The position numbers and the translations under genes are program-made. The notes below the pieces were generated by a model that was not told the origin of the DNA, searched no databases, and saw only the letters and a list, made by a program, of their open reading frames with translations. Source: an uncultured delta proteobacterium (lineage in GTDB: Bacteria > Desulfobacterota > Binatia > UBA9968). From it: a DNA stretch of 64,000 bases. Below, piece after piece: positions 63,533-64,000 of the stretch (its first letter is position 1; each line of letters begins with the position of its first letter). The stretch covers positions 1-64,000 of the forward strand of contig CAVTUQ010000022.1 in the NCBI GenBank assembly GCA_963737905.1. The letters are read 5' to 3'.

Positions 63533-63796
63533 ATGGCTTTATCCAATGTGGTAACTAACGAGGACATTTACCCGATGTTGGTCGATATGTTGCATGAGAT
63601 GTTCGAGTTGGATAAGTCGAAAATAACGCTTGAAGCGAATCTGTACTCCGATCTCGATATCGATAGCATCGATGCCGTTGATCTTGCGGTCAAGCTAAAG
63701 GAACTTACGGGCAAGAGACTGCAGCCGGAGGTTTTTAAGAGTGTCCGCACGGTTCAGGATGTCGTCAACGCGTTAGCCTCACTCCAGGCAAAGTAA
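63533..63796 (+). CDS. Acyl carrier protein
   Basis: DLDIDSIDAVDL, FKSVRTVQDVV. Confidence 0.92.
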   Translation: MALSNVVTNEDIYPMLVDMLHEMFELDKSKITLEANLYSDLDIDSIDAVDLAVKLKELTGKRLQPEVFKSVRTVQDVVNALASLQAK

Positions 63797-63802
63797 TCCC
63801 CG

Positions 63803-64000
63803 ATGTCTGTGTCAAGTCTAGTGATGATCTGCATCACCTTGATTTATCCCCTGGCCGTCTGGCTCGGCCAGGGGCAAATCGAGCCCCGATTTCTCGCCGG
63901 CTTGTTGGTGCTTGTCGGATTGACACGGCTGCATATGCTAAAAATTAGCCAGGCCGGGCGCTGGTGGATAGGAGGGACGTTGCTTCTTTTCATGGTGGCC
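63803..64000 (+). CDS. Membrane protein of aryl polyene cluster (COG4648-like), truncated by the window end
   Basis: ATG at 63803; TLIYPLAVWLG...PRFLAGLLVL; position after the tandem ACPs. Confidence 0.65.
   Translation, partial: MSVSSLVMICITLIYPLAVWLGQGQIEPRFLAGLLVLVGLTRLHMLKISQAGRWWIGGTLLLFMVA

Overview
Bacterial chromosomal window. The NMT1/SsuA-type binding protein and the gene content suggest a Candidatus Binatia-like deltaproteobacterium (inference). Many genes carry single-base frameshifts that look like long-read consensus errors. In order, the window holds: (1) an exosortase-A/PEP-CTERM-type surface polysaccharide cluster (1-26.4 kb) rich in tailoring enzymes, including a stand-alone adenylation-carrier-thioesterase protein, and interrupted by a decayed tyrosine-recombinase + IS91-type element; (2) a c-di-GMP/two-component block; (3) a Tad/Flp pilus operon running directly into DUF192, two GT-C glycosyltransferases, a prenyltransferase-repeat protein and a Tat-exported DUF362 protein; (4) a minus-strand signalling block encoding a MshEN-like AAA ATPase, a sigma54 activator, an aspartyl protease, coiled-coil proteins, DUF4388, an output-less HAMP receptor and a solute-binding protein-LysM fusion; (5) housekeeping genes gatCAB, rnhB, yraN and serS; (6) the start of an aryl polyene-type cluster. 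Four good sigma54 promoter motifs link blocks 1-4. No rRNA, tRNA or CRISPR array was seen. Family assignments come from motif recognition by eye, not from database searches.
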